The notes below the pieces were generated by a model. It searched no databases. It was not told the DNA's origin and was given only the letters and a program-made list of their open reading frames with translations. The position numbers and the translations under genes were made by a program. 38,012 nt of DNA from Mariniphaga sp. (lineage in GTDB: Bacteria; Bacteroidota; Bacteroidia; Bacteroidales; Prolixibacteraceae), in NCBI GenBank assembly GCA_013203525.1, contig JABMQB010000363.1:1-38012 (forward strand), in the 5' to 3' direction. This document shows, one piece after another, positions 1-10,487 of the stretch; positions within the stretch are counted from its first letter, which is position 1, and each line of letters starts with the position of its first letter.

Positions 1-287
<287 letters not shown>

Positions 288-375
288 TTAGAAACGATTT
301 CTTTAAAACAAGAACTCATGATAATCTTAAATGATTGTCATGAGTCCAAAATTAGTAAATTTTATAATGTTTAAT

Positions 376-1641
376 TTATCTTTTATTTAACACGTCATTT
401 TCATATTGTTGGATTTTACCAATATAATCTTCACCAACTGGAACGCCTTCCTGTAAACAATAATAGTTCCATACGGCACCAAAAGGTTTTGTTTTTAATT
501 CTTCAAGCATAGCCAATCGTTCAAAATATTTACCAGCCTCTTCCAATTGAATTAATTCTTTTGTCGGTTCCAATGCTGCAATCAAGAATGCTTTTTGCGC
601 AGCTCGTGTACCCACTACATAAGCTCCAATACGGTTAATTGAAGCATCAAAAAAGTCTAGGCCAATATTTACACGGTCCAGGAAGTTGTTTCGCATAACC
701 TCGGAGGCAATAAGCTGAACATCTTCATTTAGTGTTACTACATGGTCTGAGTCCCAACGAACAGGGCGGGTAACATGCAGCAATACTTCATCAATAAAAT
801 GAAGCACCGATGATATTTTGTCGCCAACTTGTTCGGTAGGATGGAAGTGTCCGTTATCGAGGCAAATTAAGATGTCGTTTTTAATGGCATATCCTAGATA
901 AAAATCATGAGAACCAACGGTCATTGATTCCAAGCCAATTCCAAATAACTTACTTTCAACTGCATCCTTCATATGCTCTTTTGGGTACTTGGTTTCCAAA
1001 GTTTCATTCAACGATTTTTTTAATAAAGCACGATAACCGTTTCTATCGACCGGTGTATCCTTTGATCCATCAGGAATCCAGATATTATGCACACAAGGTG
1101 ATTCCAGTTGTTTTCCAATTTCAGCAGAAATGGCACGGCAACGTTTTACATGTTCCACCCAGAATTTTCGGTTTTTTTCATTTTTACTCGATAAGGTATA
1201 ACCATTGGCAGCGCGGTCGTGTGAAAAACAAGTGGCATTAAAATCCATCCCAATTTCTTGTTTATTACACCAGTCGATCCAGCTTTGAAAATGTTTTACT
1301 TCAATTTCATCGCGGTCAACCTTTTCACCTTTAAAATCGCCGTAGATAGCATGAAGGTTTAATCGTTGTTTTCCAGGAAGCAAGGAAAGTACCTTTTCAA
1401 GGTCTGCCCGCATTTGTTCAATGGTTGTTGATTTACCCGGGTAATTACCTGTTGCCTGAATTCCACCTGAAAGTTCACCATCGGCAGTTTCAAAACCAGC
1501 CACATCATCGGTTTGCCAACAGTGAAGAGAAATGTTCACATCTTTCATTTTTAAAATGGCTGCATCGGTATTAACTCCTATTGCAGCATATTGTTCTTTC
1601 GCAATTTCGTATGCTTTTTTAATCAATTCTATTTTATTCAT
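376..1641 (-). CDS. rhaA: L-rhamnose isomerase
   Basis: 421-aa ORF. Its length and the N-terminal block ...ISLHCWQTDDVAGFE... match the L-rhamnose isomerase family; E. coli RhaA is about 419 aa with an analogous HCWQGDDV block. It lies directly downstream of rhaM and rhaT. Confidence 0.93.
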   Translation of the reverse strand: MNKIELIKKAYEIAKEQYAAIGVNTDAAILKMKDVNISLHCWQTDDVAGFETADGELSGGIQATGNYPGKSTTIEQMRADLEKVLSLLPGKQRLNLHAIYGDFKGEKVDRDEIEVKHFQSWIDWCNKQEIGMDFNATCFSHDRAANGYTLSSKNEKNRKFWVEHVKRCRAISAEIGKQLESPCVHNIWIPDGSKDTPVDRNGYRALLKKSLNETLETKYPKEHMKDAVESKLFGIGLESMTVGSHDFYLGYAIKNDILICLDNGHFHPTEQVGDKISSVLHFIDEVLLHVTRPVRWDSDHVVTLNEDVQLIASEVMRNNFLDRVNIGLDFFDASINRIGAYVVGTRAAQKAFLIAALEPTKELIQLEEAGKYFERLAMLEELKTKPFGAVWNYYCLQEGVPVGEDYIGKIQQYENDVLNKR

Positions 1642-1658
1642 TGTAATATTTTTGTGAT

Positions 1659-1973
1659 TTATTCCATATAAAACACTTCTTCAAGTTTTGTTGACACAGG
1701 AGAATTATCGGGATTTGTTTCCATAATATCGGCCATAAATGCCCACCATTTTTTAATAATTATGGTTTTGCCCAAATCCTGGGAACCTCCTTCTCTGGCT
1801 ACTTTTTGAAAAGCAAAAAGGGTATTTTCTTTTTCATCCAGAAAGATGGAATATTCGCTTACACCCGATTCTTTCAGAAGTTGTTTTACTTCAGGCCAAA
1901 TTTCGTTGTGGCGTTTAATGTATTCACTTTTTTGACCAGGTTTTAATTTCATTCTGAATGCTAATCTTTTCAT
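1659..1973 (-). CDS. rhaM: L-rhamnose mutarotase
   Basis: 104-aa ORF of RhaM/YiiL size. It starts MKRLAFRMKLKPGQKSEYIKRHNEIWPEV, which is typical of the family, and sits between rhaT and rhaA. Confidence 0.88.
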   Translation of the reverse strand: MKRLAFRMKLKPGQKSEYIKRHNEIWPEVKQLLKESGVSEYSIFLDEKENTLFAFQKVAREGGSQDLGKTIIIKKWWAFMADIMETNPDNSPVSTKLEEVFYME

Positions 1974-1980
1974 ATTCCTT

Positions 1981-3033
1981 TTACATTGAGTTACCTATAC
2001 CAACAAGAAAAACAGAAAGAATAATAACAGTTATTCCAGTAATAATTGTCCATTTGGTTTTTGGAGCTACACCTTTCCATTCTTTTCGGTATATACCCCA
2101 CATATTTGCAGTTAATATAATGGTTGACATATGAAGGATCCATGAACTGGCTCCATTGCCCAGTTTGCTTTCTCCCATTCCATAGAAAAAGAATTGCAGA
2201 AACCAGGTTGTACCAGCCAGAGCTGAAAACAAAATATTTTTTGCAATTGGCGATGATTTATCTACAAAATCGGTGTAAGATTTATTTTTTAAGCTAAGAA
2301 TAGTAGTCCAGATAAGGTTTGTTGTTAAGCCTCCCCAAAGGATTACAACAAAGGTGACATTGTTTTGATAGAGAGGGTTAAAACCTGCTTCAACAGTAGC
2401 ATTTGCCATTGGTTTACCGGCTTCAATTCCAAAATTGAAAAATGAACTCAGTATTCCTGAAAGCACAGCAATTATCAAACCTTTAACCAAACTAAATTCC
2501 GCAACGCTTTTCTTTTGTTCTTCAACTGAAAGCTCCTTTTCTTTCATTATTCCTGCCTTGCCTGAAATGGCAATTCCTGCTAAACATACAAACACACCCA
2601 GTAAAACAAGCTGCCCTCCGGAAGTAGCCATCATATCAGTAAATGAAATTTTCCCTTCGGTTGGATTAATATTATAATAAATGGATGGAACAATCGCTCC
2701 AAATGCAGCACAAAAACCCAACACTACTGAATTCCCAAGTGACATCCCGAGGTATCGGACACCAAGGCCATAAGAAAGGCCTCCAATCCCCCACATTAAT
2801 CCCATTATAAAAGTGAAATAAATAATTTGATTAGAGGTTGCTGAAATAATTTCAGCAAATCCCGGCACAGTAATCCATGCGGCCAGAGGTGGAACTATCA
2901 ACCATGAAAAAAGGCCTCCAACAATCCAATAGGTTTCCCACGACCACTTTTTTACCTTATTGAAGGGCATGTAAAAACTTCCGGAGGCAAAACCGCCAAT
3001 TGAATGATAGATGATACCGAGAATAGCTTGCAT
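1981..3033 (-). CDS. rhaT: L-rhamnose/H+ symporter
   Basis: 350-aa polytopic membrane protein with about 10 hydrophobic segments. The N-terminus IIYHSIGGFASGSFYMPF resembles the RhaT family. It is the first gene of the rhaT-rhaM-rhaA run. Confidence 0.88.
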   Translation of the reverse strand: MQAILGIIYHSIGGFASGSFYMPFNKVKKWSWETYWIVGGLFSWLIVPPLAAWITVPGFAEIISATSNQIIYFTFIMGLMWGIGGLSYGLGVRYLGMSLGNSVVLGFCAAFGAIVPSIYYNINPTEGKISFTDMMATSGGQLVLLGVFVCLAGIAISGKAGIMKEKELSVEEQKKSVAEFSLVKGLIIAVLSGILSSFFNFGIEAGKPMANATVEAGFNPLYQNNVTFVVILWGGLTTNLIWTTILSLKNKSYTDFVDKSSPIAKNILFSALAGTTWFLQFFFYGMGESKLGNGASSWILHMSTIILTANMWGIYRKEWKGVAPKTKWTIITGITVIILSVFLVGIGNSM

Positions 3034-3198
3034 ATTAGTTAGATTAGTTTTTTATAATGAAAATTTGTAATATATGACTAAATATTTCTTTAGCAATATT
3101 ACTCAAAACTATGTTGATTATTAGGTAATGTCAATACATTTTTTGATTATATTGTTGCACTTTTTGACCACATTTTATGAGTGAGCTATTTAAATATG

Positions 3199-3648
3199 TT
3201 ACAGCAAGTGAAGAACATTTTTCAGTGCATAAAAATCCTGATCGTGAGCCGGAATTTCAATTCTGCTTTCCCAACGGGTAGAATCACAAAAATTTAAGGT
3301 TCCGGGATCGTTAAATACTTCCCCGTCAACTGTAAGATGGTAATAATGAAATCCTTCGTCCATAGGTTCTACCGTAGTTCCCACCCAATTGCCCTCTGCA
3401 TCTTTTGCAAGGGGAGTTCTCCCTCTGGTACCTCCAAGTCCAAGGCTTATAACAACACTTTGGGCTTCTGGTGCTGCGATCCGGAATCGTGCATAACCTT
3501 GTGAGTTAACTTGCGGGTATTCCTGACCAGGTTGATTTAATGTCGAAGGTTTGAAATCTTCAATAATCGTTTGCTGGTCAGTCTGTGCTAAACACAACGA
3601 ACCTGATAAAGACAGTAATAAAACTATTACTATCGAATACTATTGCAT
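3199..3648 (-). pseudogene. Remnant of an esterase gene: signal peptide plus N-terminal Ig-like/CBM48-like domain only, with an in-frame TAG at codon 3 and the catalytic domain deleted
   Basis: The ORF-track entry 3199-3597 starts at a TTG. Reading upstream in the same frame gives ATG(3648-3646) CAA TAG(3642-3640), then YSIVIVLLLSLSGSLCLAQ, which is a signal peptide. The 132 aa align with residues about 26-150 of the neighbouring 391-aa esterase: EDFKPS..NQPG..YPQVNS.G....I.APEA...EGFHYY.L..DG....[24 protein letters not shown]. The alignment stops at ALKNVLHLL*, where the intact paralog continues PHGQV... into the GLSMGG hydrolase domain. Confidence 0.75.
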
Positions 3649-3660
3649 AATATCTTTGTT

Positions 3661-4848
<1,188 letters not shown>

Positions 4849-4943
4849 TTATCGGTTTTTATTAATAAGTTTTAAAATTATATGGTAAAAAGAGTTACGT
4901 TTCTAGGTACTTTCTAATTGATTGTTATCTGTTTAATATTATT

Positions 4944-6317
4944 TTACTTTTCAAAACGAACCCAGTCTATCTCCGCCGCATTGCCTTTTAGAATAACCAC
5001 GATATTGTGAATCCCTTTTTTCATTTTTATTGTGCCAGCTTTAACAATTTCCCAGTCTGAGCCAGCCGGTATTTCAATTTCAGAAATAACGGACCCGTTT
5101 ACTTTATCAAGGCGAATTTCTAATGTGCTTCCAACTTCAGAAGTAGCTTTAACCTGAACTTTTTTGAGTTTTTTCTTGCCAAAATCAACCGTGTTATATT
5201 GTATCCATGAATCCTTGTTTTCAAGGATTGTTTTCCAGCCTTTGAATGTATCAAGCGTATCATGGAAAGCAATTGAAGCTCCGGTTTCGCTTAAATGACT
5301 GTATCGGTCGATCTGAATTTTTTGTTTTGCATCTGCTACACCAACACCACGCAGGGTAGGGCTAACTTTCTGAATAGTACCATCCGTATTAAAAAATAAG
5401 CTATCAACTCTGATTGATCGGTTTTTATCAAATTTGGGCGAATAATCGTTATGGTGATAAAAAAGATACCATTGATTTTTGTATTCAATTATTGATTGAT
5501 GGTTAGTCCAGCATCCGGTTGGCGATTCATCCATAATAACCCCGGCAAATTTGAAAGGTCCCATAGGATTATCACCTATTGCATATTCCAGCCTCTCAGT
5601 TCCATTTTCAACATGAGGATAAGTCATGTAATAGATACCATTTCTTTCAAAAAGGTAAGGACCTTCTTTTAATCCTTCTTTCGGCATTTCTTCAATAATT
5701 TTAACCTCTGAATCAAGTTCGAGCATATTGTCTTTCAGTTTGGCCACAAATAAATTCCCCAACGACCAGTATAAATAGGCTTGTCCATCGTGGTCGATAA
5801 ACATGGCGGGATCGATACCAATTACATTTTCAATAGGTTTGGGTTGAGGATTATAAGGACCTTCAGGGTTTTCAGCAACAGCAACTCCAATCCGGGAACC
5901 TCTTCTGTTACCTTCATTTGATCGGGCCGGATAATAAAAATAATATTTCCCGTTTCGTTCAATACAATCCGGTGCCCACATACTGTAAGAACTAGAATCA
6001 ATCCAAGGGGCATCATACTGACTCACAATTATTCCATGATCGATCCAATCGGTAAGGTTTTCAGAAGAAAAAACATGGTAATCTTCCATGCAGAACCAGT
6101 TTGGCCTCAGGTTTTTTCCTTCGGGAGCTATTATATCGTGTGAAGGAAAGACAAACACTTTTCCGTTAATAACCCTGGCTGAAGGATCAGCCGTAAACTG
6201 ATCGCGAATAATCGGATTCTGACCAAAAGAAAAACCGGTAAAGAGGATAAAACACCATATAAATACCAATTTCAATATTTGGGCTTTACCTTGAATTAAA
6301 ATTGTTTTGTTTTTCAT
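4944..6317 (-). CDS. GH43 arabinofuranosidase/xylosidase with a C-terminal CBM6-like module
   Basis: 457 aa with a signal peptide. The catalytic part has NPIIRDQFTADPSARVINGKVFVFPSHD...MEDYHVFSS.NLTDW..HG, typical of GH43. The C-terminal roughly 130 aa (IQIDRYSHLS...IDWVRFEK) look like a CBM6/CBM35-type sandwich. This architecture resembles AXH-d3-type arabinoxylan arabinofuranohydrolases. Confidence 0.82.
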   Translation of the reverse strand: MKNKTILIQGKAQILKLVFIWCFILFTGFSFGQNPIIRDQFTADPSARVINGKVFVFPSHDIIAPEGKNLRPNWFCMEDYHVFSSENLTDWIDHGIIVSQYDAPWIDSSSYSMWAPDCIERNGKYYFYYPARSNEGNRRGSRIGVAVAENPEGPYNPQPKPIENVIGIDPAMFIDHDGQAYLYWSLGNLFVAKLKDNMLELDSEVKIIEEMPKEGLKEGPYLFERNGIYYMTYPHVENGTERLEYAIGDNPMGPFKFAGVIMDESPTGCWTNHQSIIEYKNQWYLFYHHNDYSPKFDKNRSIRVDSLFFNTDGTIQKVSPTLRGVGVADAKQKIQIDRYSHLSETGASIAFHDTLDTFKGWKTILENKDSWIQYNTVDFGKKKLKKVQVKATSEVGSTLEIRLDKVNGSVISEIEIPAGSDWEIVKAGTIKMKKGIHNIVVILKGNAAEIDWVRFEK

Positions 6318-6387
6318 TAATAATTTTTTTAGTTGGTTTATAATATTTTTTCAGGTTATTATTGTATTGTAAATATATGATCTGTAG

Positions 6388-7986
6388 TTATATGTCAAGT
6401 TTGCCTGTTATTTCTACTGATATACTGTCAGTTATTCTGAACCAGTCGAAATCTGCAAATCCACCCGGATTTTTTGTTGCGTAATTGAACAAGCCAAAAC
6501 GATATCCCATAAAGTGTTCCATTAAAGTGTACTCCATTTCGAGGGGGCCGCCAAGCGCATTCCATGTTTTACCGTCGAGGCTATAGAAGAAATTAGCTAC
6601 ATCAACCCTGTCTCTGAAATCACACTCAATCTTTAAATAAATATTATTCTGTGAAAGAAGTACACTTTCTAATTCAGTTGGTGTGTCAGTTTTATTGCTA
6701 ACCATAAAAATGTACTTTTCACCATCCTGGATTTTTACACCCACCTGTCCAAATTTTCTTTGTAAGACGCATAATCCGGCAAAATCGTCATCTTCCAGGT
6801 TTGATACATCTATTAACGTAGAACCGGAACATTCCGGGCCAAAAGTACGCTGTGTTAAGGTGTTTCTCGATTTTGCAAATAATGAGTCGATGCGTCCGGT
6901 TTTAAGCCGTAAAAATCCTTTGCGTTCAGAAACCGACCAAAGGTTATTATCCGGATTATGGTTCCACTGCCAGACAAGCGGCAATACCGGATCTCCTTTT
7001 TTTCTGTCAAATTCATCGGAAGCTACAATGTCCGGAATTAACCCTTTGCTTGCAGGCAGGCCTTCGAGTATATCAGGCACCTTCCCAGCGATTCCCAGTA
7101 CAGGCCAATCGTCTTCCCATTTTACCGGTACCAGATAAGGAATGCGACCAACGGAACCATAATCGCGGAAAAGGTAGGCAAACCAGTTTCCTTCGGGAGT
7201 GTCAATAAGCCCTCCCTGTGCTACACCTTTATCCTGTAGAGCAACCCGACCTTCCCAGGGACCATTTATATTATCGGCCCGGTGGATTATAACCGTTCGC
7301 ATCCCACCTCTTGGCCAGGTAATATCGAAAAGGTAATATTTGCCATTAACTTTAAATAATTGGGAACCTTCAGCACTAAGCATGATTCTGTTACCTGCCG
7401 GAGCACTTGCATTTTCAATCAATACACGTTCTGTTCCTTCCTGTAATCCCGAAAGGTCCTCCTTTAATTCTGTTATCATTAGCCTGCCATTTCCCCATAT
7501 CATGTAAATTTTACCGTTATCATCAAAAAACAAATTATTGTCGTGCAGACTTGGCCTGAAGGTAATTCTTTCCCATGGTCCCTTTTCGATATCTTCGGTA
7601 GAAAAAATGTAAGTTTTCCCGGTTGTACTGGAAAATGTTGACACATAATATTTACTGTTGTGATATCGTATGCAACTGGCCCAGGAACCCCTTCCATACG
7701 AAGTTTTTCCATTAATAAGGTTTAATGCATCAATGTTGGCAAGGGTATCGTAGGCATAATTAATTATTTTCCAATTAACCAGATCGTTTGATTTCATGAT
7801 TGGAACTCCGGGAGCCATATGCATGGTTGTGCTGCTCATATAATAGTTGTCGCCAACACGAATCATAGATAAATCAGGAACATCGGCATGAATGATTGGA
7901 TTTTGTGCCGGACCAGATATTTTATTTGTGCAGCTGAAAAGGACTATAAATCCCAGAATCGCCAGAAAAATAATTTTATACTTCAT
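6388..7986 (-). CDS. GH43 beta-xylosidase/alpha-L-arabinofuranosidase with a C-terminal concanavalin-like domain; probable lipoprotein
   Basis: The track ORF extends to a TTG at 8034, but I prefer the ATG at 7986, giving MKYKIIFLAILGFIVLFSC, a lipobox-like Cys. The catalytic part has NPIIHADVPDLSMIRVGDNYYMSSTTMHMAPGVPIMKSNDLVNW, a GH43 block. The C-terminal roughly 200 aa end ...FADFDWFRI, as in GH43 C-terminal sandwich domains. Confidence 0.82.
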   Translation of the reverse strand: MKYKIIFLAILGFIVLFSCTNKISGPAQNPIIHADVPDLSMIRVGDNYYMSSTTMHMAPGVPIMKSNDLVNWKIINYAYDTLANIDALNLINGKTSYGRGSWASCIRYHNSKYYVSTFSSTTGKTYIFSTEDIEKGPWERITFRPSLHDNNLFFDDNGKIYMIWGNGRLMITELKEDLSGLQEGTERVLIENASAPAGNRIMLSAEGSQLFKVNGKYYLFDITWPRGGMRTVIIHRADNINGPWEGRVALQDKGVAQGGLIDTPEGNWFAYLFRDYGSVGRIPYLVPVKWEDDWPVLGIAGKVPDILEGLPASKGLIPDIVASDEFDRKKGDPVLPLVWQWNHNPDNNLWSVSERKGFLRLKTGRIDSLFAKSRNTLTQRTFGPECSGSTLIDVSNLEDDDFAGLCVLQRKFGQVGVKIQDGEKYIFMVSNKTDTPTELESVLLSQNNIYLKIECDFRDRVDVANFFYSLDGKTWNALGGPLEMEYTLMEHFMGYRFGLFNYATKNPGGFADFDWFRITDSISVEITGKLDI

Positions 7987-8231
7987 TATGTGTAATTTAT
8001 AGTTTACAAGATAATAGCTTATTTTTATATTCAATTATATTAAATCAGAATTAATCTAGTCCTTAAATTCAAAACTAATTCCCCTTCACTTGTTGGAAAA
8101 ACTATCCGACATAAAAATTCAAGATAAATTTACTCAAGTAATACCGGTATGGTTTCTAATTTTCATTTCAGATAATAATTACATGCAGAAAACACATAAG
8201 CTATATGCTCAATTTGAATATATCAGTTGAT

Positions 8232-9128
8232 TTACAGGTTTTTTGATTCAAATTTCCAATTGGGATCATTGCACAATCCACAATCATTTCCAATGAACAT
8301 TTTTGATGCTTTCTTATCGCCTTTTAGCAGCCAGAGGTACCAGGCAGTTGCCACTTTCGCGAACTCACCACCGTGAGGTTGGCGGTATGTTCCTCCATGG
8401 CCAACATCCATATTTGCTACAAATACGGGTACATGGTCAATGCGCTTATAATCATCCATTCCATTGTTATACGCAATATCTGATTCTCCGCCAAGAATAT
8501 ATAATGTTGGCGTATGTAGCTTTTTAAGGTGATCCTTTTTCAGGCTTGGCATACCGGGCATTCCGCCTCCTGTATCAGGTAAAATGCCGCTGTTACAAAC
8601 TACCGCTGTTGTAACTCGTGGATCGGGTGCAATTTCTAATGTTTGTAAGCCGCCACATGACATACCGCTTACAGCAATATTTTTTATATCGATCTTATTA
8701 AAGAGCGGACTTTTTTTATCATTGTTTTGAGCAATTGCCCAGTCAATCGCATCGTTTAATTGAGAAGATTCTGACCTGCCTCTGCCTCTTTCTCCTTCCT
8801 GTGGCATCGGTCCAATGGCAATAACCAGGAAACCAAAAGATGCAACTTCGTTTAAAAAGTTTATGTGTTCCCAGGGTGAATTGGCACAGGCGCCATTACC
8901 CCATGCAATTATTGGCAATTTGTTATTCTTATCAAAAACACTCAAGTCATTAGGCCTGAAAACGGTATGTGTTGGTAGCGAAGTTTCGGAAAGCATGATT
9001 GCGCTGAATTTTCCGGTGCCACCATCTTCTACTATTCTTGAAGCTGCTTCCTGTGCTTCTGCAGTATTCATTAGTATTGATCCTGCCAAAACCAGGATTA
9101 CAGCAATGACATTTATTTTAATCTTCAT
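8232..9128 (-). CDS. Secreted alpha/beta hydrolase (dienelactone-hydrolase/chlorophyllase-like fold), putative carbohydrate esterase
   Basis: I prefer the ATG at 9128, giving the signal peptide MKIKINVIAVILVLAGSILMNTAEAQ. The track start at 9203 would overlap the upstream gene. The protein has the nucleophile elbow GMSCGG and the block WGNGACANSPWEHINFLNEVASFGFLVIA. The exact CE family is not recognised. Confidence 0.65.
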   Translation of the reverse strand: MKIKINVIAVILVLAGSILMNTAEAQEAASRIVEDGGTGKFSAIMLSETSLPTHTVFRPNDLSVFDKNNKLPIIAWGNGACANSPWEHINFLNEVASFGFLVIAIGPMPQEGERGRGRSESSQLNDAIDWAIAQNNDKKSPLFNKIDIKNIAVSGMSCGGLQTLEIAPDPRVTTAVVCNSGILPDTGGGMPGMPSLKKDHLKKLHTPTLYILGGESDIAYNNGMDDYKRIDHVPVFVANMDVGHGGTYRQPHGGEFAKVATAWYLWLLKGDKKASKMFIGNDCGLCNDPNWKFESKNL

Positions 9129-9139
9129 GATTCTTTGTA

Positions 9140-10333
9140 TTATTTGTTTCTCCATAAGTTGGGTAAAAACCGGTAATAAAGCAGGTGGCGCCAGGTAGAC
9201 CAATCATGTCCTCCAAGTCCTCCAACATAATATTCATGTTTGATGTTATGATTGTTAAGTGCTTCGTGCAAAGCGACGCAGCGCGCACCCATAAAGCCAT
9301 TGGCTTCTTCTGCGCCCTGGCCTATAAAAAGGTATTCCACTTTATCATTAACTTTAGGATCGTTCAGGAAATAGGCAATAGACGTTTCAGCATTTGTATC
9401 GCCGGCACTAAGCACACCAAATGATGCAAACAGGTCAAGTGACCTGAATCCGATAAACATAGTATGGCGTCCTCCCATTGATAAGCCGGATATTGCACGT
9501 CCTTTGGAACTTTCAATTGTGCTGTAACTTTTATCAACCAGTGGAATAACATGGTTTCTCAACTCTTTCTCAAAAATATCGAATGTCAGTTCAACATGTT
9601 TGGGATGATTTCGGTGAATTACCTGGTTATTTGGAATAGCAATCAGCATGGGAACGGCTTTGCCTTCAGCAAGCAGATTGTCCAATATCAGGTTTGCACG
9701 TCCATCATATATCCAGTTTGAGGGTAATTCGCCGCTACCTCCAACCAGATAAAGAACGGGATACTTTTTATCGGGATCATACCCTGGCGGAGTATAAACA
9801 TAAAGCTCACGTTCACCTTTTGTAACATTGGAATGATAAATGTGCCTTGTTACATTTCCATGCGGAACATTACGTGCATCGTAGTATGCCGGGCTATCGC
9901 CATGTACAACCAATTGGCTGTATGGCGGCATGGCAGTAAAAGCAGCCACCGTATTGCTCGGGTCGCATATTTGCATTCCATCAACATTAAAATGATAAGC
10001 ATACATATCCGGTTCAAGTGGACCTACTGTTAATATCCAGATTCCGTCATCGCCTTTGTTGAATGGGATCTGTTCCCTTCCTTTCCCTAATGCTGTACGA
10101 AGAGCTCCTGTGAGTTTTACTTCTTTTGCTTCAGGTGCTTTGAGGCGAAAAGTAACTGTATGGTCGTCGTGAACTTCCGGAGAATTCAAGGGAGCACTGA
10201 AAGGAATAAGCCCTTCTGTGTCCTTTTGTGGATTATAATCGAGGTTGACATTTGCCTGTTGTCCCTTTGCAGACATTGTTATCAGGATAAACAAAGCTGC
10301 AAAGGCTTGTATAAAAAATGATTTATTTCTCAT
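9140..10333 (-). CDS. Secreted esterase (putative-esterase/CE1-like) with an N-terminal Ig-like domain
   Basis: 397 aa. It has a signal peptide, an N-terminal sandwich (VTFRLKAPEAKEVKL...YAYHFNVDG), YPVLYLVGGSGE, GLSMGG and a C-terminal GGHDW motif. Confidence 0.82.
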   Translation of the reverse strand: MRNKSFFIQAFAALFILITMSAKGQQANVNLDYNPQKDTEGLIPFSAPLNSPEVHDDHTVTFRLKAPEAKEVKLTGALRTALGKGREQIPFNKGDDGIWILTVGPLEPDMYAYHFNVDGMQICDPSNTVAAFTAMPPYSQLVVHGDSPAYYDARNVPHGNVTRHIYHSNVTKGERELYVYTPPGYDPDKKYPVLYLVGGSGELPSNWIYDGRANLILDNLLAEGKAVPMLIAIPNNQVIHRNHPKHVELTFDIFEKELRNHVIPLVDKSYSTIESSKGRAISGLSMGGRHTMFIGFRSLDLFASFGVLSAGDTNAETSIAYFLNDPKVNDKVEYLFIGQGAEEANGFMGARCVALHEALNNHNIKHEYYVGGLGGHDWSTWRHLLYYRFLPNLWRNK

Positions 10334-10487
10334 AATTTCAGATTTATGATTTTTCTAATTTAAACCGGCGTTTTCTATTCGGAAATAGTCGAATGAAACA
10401 TCAAATAGCGTCTCTGGTTTTGTAGTATCCGAATCGAACCAGAATGTACTTTTCATTTACTGATTGATTATTAAATTTCATTTTACA

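Noticed and set aside
924-1241. Antisense or overlapping ORFs of 60-150 aa throughout the track, for example 924-1241, 2435-2677, 6683-7138, 8815-9198, 13991-14401, 16635-16958, 23146-23571, 24649-24975, 27221-27583, 28702-28995 and 33096-33377.
   Set aside because: Each lies entirely inside, and opposite to or out of frame with, a long ORF that has clear family motifs. Their translations are low-complexity or Ser/Pro/Phe-rich shadow sequences with no recognisable motifs.
3104-3111. Bacteroidetes-type -7 promoter box (TAGTTTTG on the minus strand, matching TAnnTTTG), about 70 nt upstream of rhaT.
   Set aside because: Only six specified bases in very AT-rich DNA. Many such matches are expected by chance, and I cannot verify a -33 element or a transcription start, so it is not reported as a feature.
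3640-3642. Possibility that the in-frame TAG in the esterase remnant reflects recoding (pyrrolysine, read-through or an alternative genetic code).
   Set aside because: The other ORFs in the window are long, uninterrupted and terminate normally, as expected for the standard code. No pyl genes are seen, and the same gene copy has also lost its whole catalytic domain. A nonsense mutation in a decaying duplicate is the simpler explanation.
9129-9203. N-terminal extension of the 8232-9203 ORF, and similar extensions at 7987-8034, 18458-18481 and 34266-34271.
   Set aside because: The extensions precede a canonical Met-Lys-rich signal peptide. Two of them begin at TTG codons (8034 and 34266), and the 9203 extension would overlap the upstream gene. 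The downstream ATG starts at 9128, 7986, 18457 and 34272 are more plausible.
10355-10456. 33-codon minus-strand ORF in the 154-bp spacer between the GH51 and esterase genes (MKSTFWFDSDTTKPETLFDVSFDYFRIENAGLN).
   Set aside because: It is too short and has no signal peptide or independent support. The ...FDVSFDYFRI ending faintly recalls the ...FADFDWFRI C-terminus of the GH43 sandwich domain, so it may be a relic of a lost gene. That resemblance is too weak to call.
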